Below, one piece after another: positions 10,279 through 19,517 of a stretch of 64,000 nucleotides of DNA. The stretch is from a virus. Taxonomy: Duplodnaviria; Caudoviricetes. Every line of letters starts with the position of its first letter. Positions within the stretch are counted from its first letter, which is position 1. The stretch covers positions 1 through 64,000 of the IMG/VR virus record IMGVR_UViG_3300014204_000113; one strand, 5' to 3'. Below the pieces are notes generated by a model. The model saw only the letters and a program-made list of their open reading frames with translations, ran no database searches and was not told where the DNA came from. The position numbers were made by a program, and so were the translations under genes.

Positions 10279-10625
10279 AAAACTATGAATCAAAAGGTTG
10301 TAAGAATGTTAGGCGCTTTGGCGATTGTCTTAAAAGATGAAAGGCAATCATTAATTAACGCGGTTCACGAAGTCGTGAACGATAAAAGAGACGGCTATGA
10401 TTTTGATTTTAAGGCCGCGGCGGAAAATATGCGCCACTTCGTAAAAGGCAAATGTTATGAATAAAACAAAAAATAAATGCACTTGTGGAAATCCTGAATA
10501 TGGTTTTAATTGCTCTTGCGAATGGAGCAAATTGCACCCCGGTAATAATTCTTACTGGTGCGAATATTGCGGCCATTATCACGCAAGCAAACCACAATGC
10601 AATAAATGCGAGGAGGATAAAGGTT

Positions 10626-10820
10626 ATGAATAAAACAACCTGGAAAGTAACCCGCCTTTCTGATACTTCTTGCAAGGTTGAAAACCTCAAAACCGGCTTT
10701 TGCGATTTTCCCATAAGATACATAAATGGGCTTATCGTTTATGACTACCCGGAACTAATACCGGCTTACGTCAAAGAAATGGTATCAAAAGAATTTAAAC
10801 CACTAACCACTAACCAATAA
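10626..10820 (+). CDS. hypothetical protein
   Basis: GGAGG RBS before ATG 10626. Confidence 0.6.
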   Translation: MNKTTWKVTRLSDTSCKVENLKTGFCDFPIRYINGLIVYDYPELIPAYVKEMVSKEFKPLTTNQ

Positions 10821-10839
10821 AAAGGAGGTTTAAAAGATT

Positions 10840-11007
10840 ATGACTAACAAAGAAATGGCAAAGGACAAAGTTTTCGTCAAAGCTTGTGAAATCGCCAAAG
10901 TCGAACCGACCAAAAGACAGGCGGCAAAATTTCAAAACAAGAAAGGTCTGGCGCGCCGTTTCTACGGGTCCGCGTCCTCTGCGGTAAAGCGGCAAGAAAC
11001 GAAGTAA
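10840..11007 (+). CDS. 55-aa basic protein
   Basis: AGGAGG RBS; MTNKEMAKDKVFVKACEIAKVEPTKRQAAKF; below the ORF-track cutoff. Confidence 0.6.
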   Translation: MTNKEMAKDKVFVKACEIAKVEPTKRQAAKFQNKKGLARRFYGSASSAVKRQETK

Positions 11008-11044
11008 AAGAAATTTTTATCGCTTAATAAAGGAGGTTTTGAAA

Positions 11045-11311
11045 ATGTTTACCATCATAGGGCGCAGATGGTTTGAAAAGACTAATGGTAACACTTATCA
11101 TTCGGTCGAGGTTTACAAAGACGGCGAATTATTGGGCCGCGTTCCTTTTGCCTATGGTTACGGGGACCAATACCGCCAAAGTGCTTTTGATATCCTGGTA
11201 AAATTGGGATATTATAAAGAGGGTGAATATTCCAAATTCTTTCTTTCCAAAACGGCGGGAGACGGTAATTTGTTTTCCGTTTCTGACGTTGCCAGAAAGA
11301 AAGACCTTTAA
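11045..11311 (+). CDS. conserved phage hypothetical protein
   Basis: GGAGG RBS; RRWFEKTNGNTYHS..FAYGYGDQY..RKKDL. Confidence 0.75.
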   Translation: MFTIIGRRWFEKTNGNTYHSVEVYKDGELLGRVPFAYGYGDQYRQSAFDILVKLGYYKEGEYSKFFLSKTAGDGNLFSVSDVARKKDL

Positions 11312-11327
11312 AGGAGACCAATTAACT

Positions 11328-11588
11328 ATGGCAAATCCAGCCTATTTTCCCAAAACCAAAGAGGCCAAATTGCAATGGTATGAAGCAAGGATACATGATT
11401 GTATGTATCTTCTTTTACCGGAATCTGGCGCAAGCATCGACTATGCAAAAGGCTCTTTATCCGGGTTGTTAAGTGGTCTCATGGCTTGCAAACCTGGATT
11501 CTTGCCTATCGACTTAAAGCCGTTTTTGCCTCGTGGTTATCGGCGCGAAGCGATACCCGAACCGTGGCGCATTTACCTTTGCGATTAA
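11328..11588 (+). CDS. hypothetical protein
   Basis: AAGGAG RBS before ATG 11328. Confidence 0.6.
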   Translation: MANPAYFPKTKEAKLQWYEARIHDCMYLLLPESGASIDYAKGSLSGLLSGLMACKPGFLPIDLKPFLPRGYRREAIPEPWRIYLCD

Positions 11589-11617
11589 CCTTTAATTGAC
11601 AAGGAGAATAAAACAAA

Positions 11618-11905
11618 ATGAATTTACCCACGATTGACACCTATGGCAATTATTCAAGCGGCAATTATGGTGCTCATTGTCTCCGCGTTGACTTTGACAA
11701 TTTAACTTTGTGGTATTCTTACAATACCATCGTAGCCTTTCGCGGCGGTGAATATGGCCGCGTAGTACGTCAAAATGACTGGGGTCCGACTACTGGCAAA
11801 CATTTAAATGCGATTGACGGCGGCGAGAAGTCTTCTCGTATCCCAGGAGAAAAGTTTGAAAAGATGCTTAACGAAACCTTAAAGAAATTAGGGTTAAGCA
11901 ATTAA
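11618..11905 (+). CDS. conserved phage hypothetical protein
   Basis: WYSYNTIVAF..WGPTTGKHLNAID motif; RBS. Confidence 0.75.
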   Translation: MNLPTIDTYGNYSSGNYGAHCLRVDFDNLTLWYSYNTIVAFRGGEYGRVVRQNDWGPTTGKHLNAIDGGEKSSRIPGEKFEKMLNETLKKLGLSN

Positions 11906-12153
11906 TGGAATTTATCATCTATCGCACAAGTGGCGGCGGCGCGCCTTTGTGGTACAATGAGGATGAAGAAAGAACCGATAAACCTTGTAAAAATGCTTAT
12001 CCAGACGTTATAAAAGATGAAAATGATTATGATATTCATCTTTGGAAAATCAAGATTGATAATCTTGACGAACTTATGAACCTTAACCAAGAAGTCGGCG
12101 CTTTAATTTTGAGAAAAGACAGCATAGAAATTTATGATTCATATCGCGAATAA
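11905..12153 (+). CDS. hypothetical protein
   Basis: start overlaps upstream stop; IEIYDSYRE C-terminus. Confidence 0.7.
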   Translation: MEFIIYRTSGGGAPLWYNEDEERTDKPCKNAYPDVIKDENDYDIHLWKIKIDNLDELMNLNQEVGALILRKDSIEIYDSYRE

Positions 12154-12368
12154 AAGGAGGATTTAACGCAATGCAACCTTATTTAATTTTATATCAAGAT
12201 ACTCGCGGAGAATGGAAAACCTCTCGATTTTGGGATTATGAGAGATTTATGGAAAATGTGCGCTTTATGTGCGCTAACCCAAAAGATTATAAAAACGTGA
12301 CTACTTATCGAATTTCAAGAGAAAAATAACTATAAATTTATAAAAGAATAAAAGGAGGGTTTAAGGAT

Positions 12369-12572
12369 ATGGCGGAACACCCGTTAAAAGGCGCATTTAA
12401 ATTTGATGATCCTGGCCTTGATGAAATTAAACTTGTCAAACTGGATAAAGACAACGTTATCTTAGCAATCCAAAATAACATTCAAGTTAAAGCCAATTTA
12501 AACTTAACTAAACAAGAGGCTTTGAAACTGGCCGCTCAGCTTATGTGCGCTTTTGATTATGATGAAGATTAA
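12369..12572 (+). CDS. hypothetical protein
   Basis: GGAGG RBS. Confidence 0.65.
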   Translation: MAEHPLKGAFKFDDPGLDEIKLVKLDKDNVILAIQNNIQVKANLNLTKQEALKLAAQLMCAFDYDED

Positions 12573-12775
12573 ATAAAAGGAGGGATAAAATTTTGAAAAT
12601 TGGAATACATAAAGCACATAATCGTTACCCATATATTCTACATTATTGGTGGCCGCGTTGGTTAAATACCATTTCTTACAAAGAAGCTGGTTTTAAAATT
12701 TATAAATGGTTATGGTTTTATATCTCATTCAAGAATAAAGATTAACTTTTAACTTACAAAAGGAGGTTTTAACAA

Positions 12776-13033
12776 ATGCAAGACCCTAAATATATCTGCA
12801 TAGATTCATATATCGGCGGTCCTAAATATTTTATCTTCCCGGCCCATATTGAACATTCAGAATTTGCCAAAAAACTTTTGGGAGAAAAAGATAAAGTAAT
12901 TAGCGCCGGCTTTGTTTGTATTAATGATAATAAATTTTGCCCTTATGGAAATTCACATAGCCTCAAAGTTTCATGTGCCGAAGATGATAAAAGGATAATG
13001 AATCTCCAATTCGGAATTAAAATTGACGATTAA
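12776..13033 (+). CDS. conserved phage hypothetical protein
   Basis: RBS; H..SAGFV..CPYGNSHSL motif. Confidence 0.7.
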   Translation: MQDPKYICIDSYIGGPKYFIFPAHIEHSEFAKKLLGEKDKVISAGFVCINDNKFCPYGNSHSLKVSCAEDDKRIMNLQFGIKIDD

Positions 13034-13145
13034 AAAATTAATTTTGCAAAAGGCTCATTTTTCGCTTGACAAAGGTTTTTCTATCGTGGTAATATTCACC
13101 CATCAACTAGGCAAAGCCTAGACATTAAAGGAGGACAAGAAATTT

Positions 13146-13526
13146 ATGAGCAAACAAACTTTTGAAGAGGCTTTTTGTCAAATAGACGCTCATTATAAAA
13201 ACCAAATTTTAGCCGAAACTTGGGGTCATTTAGCGCCAAAGAAAAACAAATTATATAAAGGGTCTATTTTATTCGCTATAGGTTGTTATGGTGATGATCC
13301 TCTTAACCCCACAATCTTACATTGTGAATTTGATGGTTTAAATGATTCTCCTTGGTTTTTCGATTCTTTAATGGAATTTTTAGATAAATCAAATCAAGTA
13401 AGTTATGACAAAATGGAAAGGATTCAAAACTTTAAAGTCGGCAATGTTTATCAATTCGATGGAACTTTCAAAAATTATGTTTTTAAAGGGTCATTTCATC
13501 AATTAAAACTCGAAAACAACACGTGA
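13146..13526 (+). CDS. hypothetical protein whose 3' end overlaps the TnpB1 guide
   Basis: promoter and RBS upstream; ends KLENNT with the stop codon supplied by the element end. Confidence 0.7.
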   Translation: MSKQTFEEAFCQIDAHYKNQILAETWGHLAPKKNKLYKGSILFAIGCYGDDPLNPTILHCEFDGLNDSPWFFDSLMEFLDKSNQVSYDKMERIQNFKVGNVYQFDGTFKNYVFKGSFHQLKLENNT

Positions 13527-13590
13527 ATGTTCCCTTATAAATCTAAGGGCTTTCAGAACGTAAGTTCAAAGACTGCATTCCCAGTCTTAA
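13503..13590 (-). ncRNA. TnpB1 omegaRNA core scaffold plus guide
   Basis: three hairpins and AACATTCAC end conserved with the other two copies; guide = 13522 downwards (GTGTTGTTTTCGAGTTT); 5' boundary unknown. Confidence 0.75.
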
Positions 13591-14661
13591 AATATTAAAA
13601 GAGGAATTGAGGTCACGGTCTATATGCAAGCCACAAACAGGACAATCATAAATTCTATCGGCAAGAGTGAGTTTTTGCCTATTCCCACATTTATGACAAT
13701 CTCGGCTTGTATAGGCCGGATTGACTTTAACAAACAACCTACCGGCACTTTCAGCCTTGTAGGAAAGTTTATTAAAGAACCCAGACCAAGCCGCATCCGC
13801 AATACTTTTTGCAAGATTATGATTTTTAACCATTCTAGTAATAGTCAAATCTTCAACGCAAATTATTCCATAATTATCAACAATTTTTCTAGATTCTTGA
13901 TGAATGAAATTTTCTCTTTTAAATCTTATTCTTTCGTGAATCCTAGAAACGACTTTCTTTCTTTTAATTCTTTCTATAGTTCCTTTTTTAGTTTTGTCAA
14001 ACCTTCTTTGAATTCTGACAAGTTCTTTTTCTTCATTTCTAAAAAACTTAGGATTGTTAATAGAAGTATTATCAGAAAGAACAGCAAAAGATTTAATACC
14101 TACGTCGATTCCAACCTTATTCTTGTTAAATGGAAGAACTTTTCTTTCAACTTCACAAATAAAAGTCACATACCATTTTCCAGTATGGGAACGTTTGATT
14201 GTGGCAGTTTTTGGTTTACCTTCCAATTTTCTGTGTTGTTTAATTTTAATATGACCGATTTTATCAACAACCAATTTCTCATTTTTAATTTGGCAACCTT
14301 TGGGAACTTGCGGGAAGGTGATAGAATCATAATTCCCTTTTCCTTTAAATCTTGGATATCCAGGTTTGCCACCAGATTTAACTCTTTTAAAGAAAGATTT
14401 GAAAGCGAAATCAACTCTACTATTGACATTCTGCAAAACAGCAGCATTAATAATTTTAAAATTTTGATGGAATCTTTTAAGACTTGGCAACAATTTTTGT
14501 TGAATTTTAAGATTAAGAGAAACCCCTTGAATTTCCCAAGCATATTTCCTTTGTTCCAAAAGTTTGTTATAAAGATAACGACATTCTTCAAGAGTAAATT
14601 CCAGAAAGGATGTTTGGTGTTTAGTAGGATAAATCCTAAATTTGAAAGTTTTCATAGTCAC
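13543..14661 (-). CDS. tnpB: RNA-guided endonuclease TnpB (IS200/IS605 family), copy 1
   Basis: KTFKFRIYPT HTH, GYPRFK, RuvC GIDVG / VEDL / DRDLN, CHKC..CPVC Zn finger; likely start GTG 14661 or ATG 14655. Confidence 0.95.
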   Translation of the reverse strand: MTMKTFKFRIYPTKHQTSFLEFTLEECRYLYNKLLEQRKYAWEIQGVSLNLKIQQKLLPSLKRFHQNFKIINAAVLQNVNSRVDFAFKSFFKRVKSGGKPGYPRFKGKGNYDSITFPQVPKGCQIKNEKLVVDKIGHIKIKQHRKLEGKPKTATIKRSHTGKWYVTFICEVERKVLPFNKNKVGIDVGIKSFAVLSDNTSINNPKFFRNEEKELVRIQRRFDKTKKGTIERIKRKKVVSRIHERIRFKRENFIHQESRKIVDNYGIICVEDLTITRMVKNHNLAKSIADAAWSGFFNKLSYKAESAGRLFVKVNPAYTSRDCHKCGNRQKLTLADRIYDCPVCGLHIDRDLNSSFNILRLGMQSLNLRSESP

Positions 14662-14667
14662 ATCTAG

Positions 14668-14719
14668 ATTATAACATTTTGAAAAAGGCAGCGCAAGGTA
14701 AGAGTTCAAATTTTTGTAC
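14668..14719 (-). promoter_or_regulatory. tnpB1 promoter with upstream palindromic operator
   Basis: minus strand GTACAAAAATTTGAAC..TTGCGC..TGTTATAAT, 6 nt before GTG (leaderless-like). Confidence 0.7.
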
Positions 14720-14836
14720 CGAGAAAGAAAATAATTGAAAATAATGGAAGAAAATTGAAAATAATTCTTGATTAATACTTGCAAATAACATAAAATCTAA
14801 TTACTTAACTTGTCAAAGACAAGGCGTTAAAGGAGG

Positions 14837-15595
14837 GTGGAAATTGTGAAAAATTATCAAGAAGCGTTAGAAAAACTAGAAAAGCGCAGTTCTCGTAAGT
14901 TAGAGAATCATACCTATCTTATCCACTACCACGAAGCCAAACCGCATTACATAGGCGTCCGCCTGCACAATACCGACGTTGTGAAATATTACCCGGATGG
15001 GCGCATTATCCTTAATTCCGGCGGCTGGAAAACACCCACCACAAAAGACCGCATAAACAAATATGCGCCGGTGAATGTCTGGACCGATAAAGGAATTTGG
15101 TATATCGGCCAAAACTGGAATAAGCCAGCCGAAGCCATTTATCAAGATGATATGGTTATCAATCCCGATGGTACTTTTTCCGGGGTTATGACTATGAAGC
15201 AAGCCAAAGAAGAAACCAAACTGCGCGGCCAAGTAAGGAAATATGCAAAAGACTTTTTGACCGCTTTAAAAGCTGGCAAAATTCCCATGCCGTCAAGCGG
15301 CGATTGCTGGTATTGTTCACAAGTAGTTTCTTCACCTGATGTTTACAAGGGGCAACCTTTAGGCGAAGTTATGAAAGATAAAAATCATATCCTTTCTCAT
15401 ATAAAAGAAAAATATTATGTCCCTTCCCTGGCCATGAATGCCCTTGAAGCCTTTGGCGCAAGTATGGCCGCAAAATCAACCTTATGGTTTTACATGGGGC
15501 ACGAAAACGCTAACGACTGGGGAGACTTCGCCCTTGAGCAAATCGAAAAGGGCATCAAAAAGTATGTTTACCGGGAATTGGGTTTGGCTTATTAA
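14837..15595 (+). CDS. conserved phage hypothetical protein carrying a recoded TnpB1 target-like site
   Basis: GGAGG RBS; RKLENHTY..LHNTDVV..LNSGGWKTPTTKDRIN. Confidence 0.85.
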   Translation: MEIVKNYQEALEKLEKRSSRKLENHTYLIHYHEAKPHYIGVRLHNTDVVKYYPDGRIILNSGGWKTPTTKDRINKYAPVNVWTDKGIWYIGQNWNKPAEAIYQDDMVINPDGTFSGVMTMKQAKEETKLRGQVRKYAKDFLTALKAGKIPMPSSGDCWYCSQVVSSPDVYKGQPLGEVMKDKNHILSHIKEKYYVPSLAMNALEAFGASMAAKSTLWFYMGHENANDWGDFALEQIEKGIKKYVYRELGLAY

Positions 15596-15605
15596 GGGGT
15601 AAAAT

Positions 15606-15797
15606 ATGAATCGTAAACATTTGAAAAAGATACTTAAAGATTTAATGAATGATTTTAATATCCCTCTTTCTGAATTTTTATACGCTCTTTCTGAATTGTG
15701 CGGAGAAAAGGCAGATAAAAGTTTAGGAATTAAAAATCAATTTCTTAAATTAGCCGAAACTGAAATAAAGGCATTGGCAAACAGAACTAAAATATAA
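15606..15797 (+). CDS. hypothetical protein
   Basis: AAGGGG RBS. Confidence 0.6.
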   Translation: MNRKHLKKILKDLMNDFNIPLSEFLYALSELCGEKADKSLGIKNQFLKLAETEIKALANRTKI

Positions 15798-15813
15798 AAG
15801 GAGAATTTATCGA

Positions 15814-16605
15814 ATGAATGACACCGAAAAAGTTTTAGCAAAAATGCTTAAAGAAAATACCGGAATTCATTTTCTGGATTCAGGCGGCGCTTATGGTAGT
15901 AATTGGGAAAATAACCAGAAAAGAAATTTTGACAAAGAACCGGCAACGGTTTTAAGTTTTGACAATGGTGAAATATCTGTTACTCACAACGTCTATCACT
16001 TCTTGAAAGAACATTTAACCTTTGACAAAGATATGGATAAAAGATTTCATAAGTGGGCCAAAAGACCGGCACAAAAAAATGAAAATTGGCTTACCCTTAT
16101 AGAACAATTCCCATTAACCTTGAAAGGCTCTGGTCTTTATGGTGAAGGTTCGCCCATTACCGTCAATACCTATAATGGGAATGATTTACTATCCCAAACT
16201 ATTCAATACGTCTATTTTGAGTATCAAGGTTTGACTTATGTCCTCTTGCAAATTCATGGCGGTTGTGATGTGCGCGGAGGATATACCAAGCCGCGAGTAT
16301 TTCAAACCGATGAATATTTTCTTTCCTCAAATGCAGATGCAACCATTTATTGTCAAGGCGGGGATGATCCGCGGCAAAAGGCTTTGACACCGGACCTCGA
16401 ACCCAAAAGGCATTACTGGCGAACAGATGATGGTTATAATTGGTATTTTGAAGGGTCCACGGAAGGGCCTAATCTTGAAACCTTTCCCATTGTGGAAGAA
16501 AGTGAATTGGAAGAGGGGGAAAGACCGGAAAGATTTATCTTGGTAGACGCTGAGGGAAAAGGCCATTGTCCTTTTTGTGGTGGCCTTTTAGAAGCATTTT
16601 TCTAA
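15814..16605 (+). CDS. conserved phage hypothetical protein
   Basis: ENTGIHFLDSGGAYG, NTYN and LQIHGGCDVRGGYTKP motifs. Confidence 0.85.
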   Translation: MNDTEKVLAKMLKENTGIHFLDSGGAYGSNWENNQKRNFDKEPATVLSFDNGEISVTHNVYHFLKEHLTFDKDMDKRFHKWAKRPAQKNENWLTLIEQFPLTLKGSGLYGEGSPITVNTYNGNDLLSQTIQYVYFEYQGLTYVLLQIHGGCDVRGGYTKPRVFQTDEYFLSSNADATIYCQGGDDPRQKALTPDLEPKRHYWRTDDGYNWYFEGSTEGPNLETFPIVEESELEEGERPERFILVDAEGKGHCPFCGGLLEAFF

Positions 16606-16632
16606 CCCTTAAATAAAAGGAGAATTTACCGA

Positions 16633-16896
16633 ATGAATAAGATTAAAAATGTTTTCCTTTTACAAGTAAGATTTACAGATGGGGAAGGGGGAGAAATTTT
16701 TACCTCTATTCATCAATATAAAAAAGGTGCTGAAAAAGAATTGGCCCGATGGTGCCGTGACCGCTGGGAAGAATTAGACTTAACAAACGATGTCAATAAG
16801 CCCATTTCAAAAGGCGACAAAAGGGCAATTAAACAATATTTTGATTTTATGGACCCTGATGAAATTTATGAAATTTCAAAAATGCCTTTAAACTAA
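16633..16896 (+). CDS. hypothetical protein
   Basis: AAGGAG RBS. Confidence 0.7.
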   Translation: MNKIKNVFLLQVRFTDGEGGEIFTSIHQYKKGAEKELARWCRDRWEELDLTNDVNKPISKGDKRAIKQYFDFMDPDEIYEISKMPLN

Positions 16897-16923
16897 TCTT
16901 TAAATAAAAGGAGGTTTTATCAA

Positions 16924-17349
16924 ATGTCTAAACTTTTGATAGTAATTGACGGCGAAGTCTGCAAAGTAAAAAAAGTTCACAATTATGGGTATCTTCCCAT
17001 GATTGAATTGGAAGACGGACGCGGGTTTTATCTTGCCAAAGATAGAGAAGAGGCGGGAGAAAAAGCCCGCGAATATTGGGAAGAAATGGCAAATGATGAC
17101 CTGCAAGAATTCGCGGCTTTAGTAGGTGAAAAGACCTTAGTTGCATGGGCTTTAGGGCAGTATGCAGGGCCAGGATCGACCACTGTTAAAAGCCTTGACG
17201 AATGGCTTGATTTGTGGCTTAATACCCCAGAGGAACAGTGGGCCAGCTATGACAGTCAGGAAAAAGATTGCAGACTTAACCTCAACCTCGTTGCAGAGTT
17301 GGGATGGGAAGACGACGAAGTTAACGCGGTTTGTTATCGGCATAATTAA
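16924..17349 (+). CDS. acidic hypothetical protein
   Basis: GGAGG RBS. Confidence 0.75.
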   Translation: MSKLLIVIDGEVCKVKKVHNYGYLPMIELEDGRGFYLAKDREEAGEKAREYWEEMANDDLQEFAALVGEKTLVAWALGQYAGPGSTTVKSLDEWLDLWLNTPEEQWASYDSQEKDCRLNLNLVAELGWEDDEVNAVCYRHN

Positions 17350-17384
17350 AAACAATCTTTATTCACAAAAGGAGGTTTGATTAA

Positions 17385-17927
17385 ATGCCAAGAGCGATTA
17401 CCAAATACGTCTATAAATTCGATGAACTTTCCGAATCAGCCAAACAAAAAGCGATTGATGATTATCGCCAAGATGGCATTGATTATGACTGGTATGATGC
17501 AGTTTATGAAGACGCAAGACAAATAGGAGAAATCCTGGGTATCAAGATTGACAATATCTATTTCTCTGGCTTTTCTAACCAAGGAGACGGCGCTTGTTTT
17601 GAGGGGTCTTATGCCTACACAAAAGGGAACACAAAAGAAATAAAAGACCATGCGCCACAAGACGAAGAACTTCACCGAATCGCCAGAGAGTTGCAAAAAC
17701 TGCAAAAGAAAAATTTCTATTCACTTTCCGCAAAAGTCAAACAAAGCGGCCATTACTCGCATGAATATTGTACAGAAATCGAAGTTTACGACAATCTTAA
17801 TTCATACGGTGGATTTACAAAAGTCTTGAAACCGAATGGGATTATCTTTCATCGGACGAACAAATCATTGAAACCATCCAAGCTAATGAATGGGAGTTTG
17901 ATGAAAATGGTAAGATGGTTTAAATAA
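17385..17927 (+). pseudogene. conserved phage acidic protein, apparently frameshifted near 17808
   Basis: FSGFSNQGDGACF N-part; the expected acidic C-terminus RWIYKSLETEWDYLSSDEQIIETIQANEWEFDENG lies in another frame. Confidence 0.6.
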
Positions 17928-17941
17928 AGGAAAATAAAACT

Positions 17942-18127
17942 ATGGCAAAATTGATCGATGGTAAAATACCAGCATTTACCGAATGTCCTTATAAAAGTAA
18001 ATGCAATCCAGAAATATGTAATCACCAAGGAAGTGATCATCAAGTGGCTTTTTCTTGTGCGTTTGCGCGTGCTTATGAATTACTTGAAAAGAGACAAAAG
18101 GAGAAAATTAAAAATGGGGTTTATTAA
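17942..18127 (+). CDS. small Cys-rich protein
   Basis: CPY..C..C..FSCAFAR. Confidence 0.6.
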   Translation: MAKLIDGKIPAFTECPYKSKCNPEICNHQGSDHQVAFSCAFARAYELLEKRQKEKIKNGVY

Positions 18128-18437
18128 AATTAGTGTCAGGGATAAAATAAACAATGGCGGTTACAATCACAAACACCCTTACCCAAGAGTGCCAGTTGGT
18201 AAAACCAGAAGAGAAGCCGTGTCAGACCCTAATTATCAAGAGGCTTTAGGTTTGTACAACAAAGAAGAAAGTCAACTCTTGAAAGAATTAAAAGAAGATT
18301 TAGAAGAGGAATTCAAAACTTGGGATTGGCACCGCAAAGAAGAGGCTTGGAATTTCGCCTATAATGAAGGATATTCTATGGGATTTAGTGAAATTTTAAA
18401 TTGGTATGGCGATTATGTTGACGATTTCTTTAAATAA
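18114..18437 (+). CDS. hypothetical protein
   Basis: AAGGAG RBS before ATG 18114. Confidence 0.7.
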   Translation: MGFIKISVRDKINNGGYNHKHPYPRVPVGKTRREAVSDPNYQEALGLYNKEESQLLKELKEDLEEEFKTWDWHRKEEAWNFAYNEGYSMGFSEILNWYGDYVDDFFK

Positions 18438-18452
18438 AAAGGGGGTTAATTA

Positions 18453-18695
18453 ATGCCAAACAAATACTATATCAAAAAGACAAATAAAGGTATAGAAGCA
18501 AAGCATATTCCTGGAAAGGAATTAGAACAAGATGTATGGTTCGAAACTTTGTTTGCTATTAACAAATATGGTTTTCTTTTACAAGAAGGAGAAACCTTAA
18601 ACGGTCCAGAATTTGCCGCTTTAATTCGCAAGAAAGGAGCAAAACGACACAAAGAACTTTTGGCAGATTCGATACTAATATCTATGCCTAACTAA
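18453..18695 (+). CDS. hypothetical protein
   Basis: RBS present. Confidence 0.65.
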   Translation: MPNKYYIKKTNKGIEAKHIPGKELEQDVWFETLFAINKYGFLLQEGETLNGPEFAALIRKKGAKRHKELLADSILISMPN

Positions 18696-18845
18696 CCCTC
18701 TTTTATTTTGTGTGAAATACGCCTGAGAACGCGTAGAAATGGCCCAAAAACAAGAGATAATTTAAAAGAGGTACTTTAGGTAGGGTTTGGAGAAAATTGT
18801 CAAAATAAGGGCTATTTAATTCAAATTATAAGGGGGTATAAAATT

Positions 18846-19169
18846 ATGAATTTTGAGAACAGTTATCCTTATTCACAAGATGTAAAATTGCTCAAAGAAT
18901 TGAAGCTGGCCGCTTGGTCTGCAAAACACGGCGAAGAAAAGAAAATCGGCATCGTGGTTTGTGATGAATCAACGGTTGAAATTTTCGTGACTTGTTATCC
19001 GGCGCAATTTTACAAATTCATTATCAAAATTGGTTTAAAAAACTATGATACAGATATTATTTCTCGCCAGATTTATGAAATGACAACTGGGTCTGGTGCA
19101 TTGTCTGACTACTGGCCTATGGCTAAAGCCATTGCTGAAAATATGGTGGTTATCAAGGAAGTTTCATAA
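18846..19169 (+). CDS. hypothetical protein
   Basis: RBS present. Confidence 0.7.
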   Translation: MNFENSYPYSQDVKLLKELKLAAWSAKHGEEKKIGIVVCDESTVEIFVTCYPAQFYKFIIKIGLKNYDTDIISRQIYEMTTGSGALSDYWPMAKAIAENMVVIKEVS

Positions 19170-19189
19170 AAGGTTAAATTATCGCATAT

Positions 19190-19273
19190 GTTCAAAAATT
19201 TGTACTTTCTTCTAAAAATAATTTTCAAAAAGTGAAAATAATTCTTGACAAGTTGATTTGAATAATTTAAGAT
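19190..19273 (+). promoter_or_regulatory. operator plus sigma70 promoter cassette
   Basis: GTTCAAAAATTTGTAC then AAAATAATTTTCAAAAAGTGAAAATAATTCTTGACAAG; similar cassette at ~31959, ~36680 and, without the operator, ~58598. Confidence 0.7.
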
Positions 19274-19472
19274 TAACCATACTTTAAACACTTTGAATCA
19301 TTAACCAAAAACTAAGAGGGGGTGATTATCATGCGTTCCAAAATCAAGGGTTAAATAATTGAGATGGACACCGGCAAGAAAAAATATGAAAACGTGGTAA
19401 GGGGCATGGGCAAACGCCCCTAGAGAATCACATAACAAGCCCTAAATAATGCCAAACAGGAGGGACCAGACA

Positions 19473-19517
19473 ATGAGGGTAGGCCGGAAGGTTAGGAGGC
19501 CAGCACCCGAGGACTAA
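19473..19517 (+). other. putative leader peptide MRVGRKVRRPAPED
   Basis: GGAGGG RBS 8 nt upstream; overlaps a sequence complementary to a downstream hairpin. Confidence 0.4.

Noticed and set aside
14662-14784. N-terminal extension of TnpB1 (and 36638-36667 for TnpB3) in the ORF track
   Set aside because: The extension overlaps the conserved promoter/operator; the three paralogues align from (M/V)(S/T)MKTFKF
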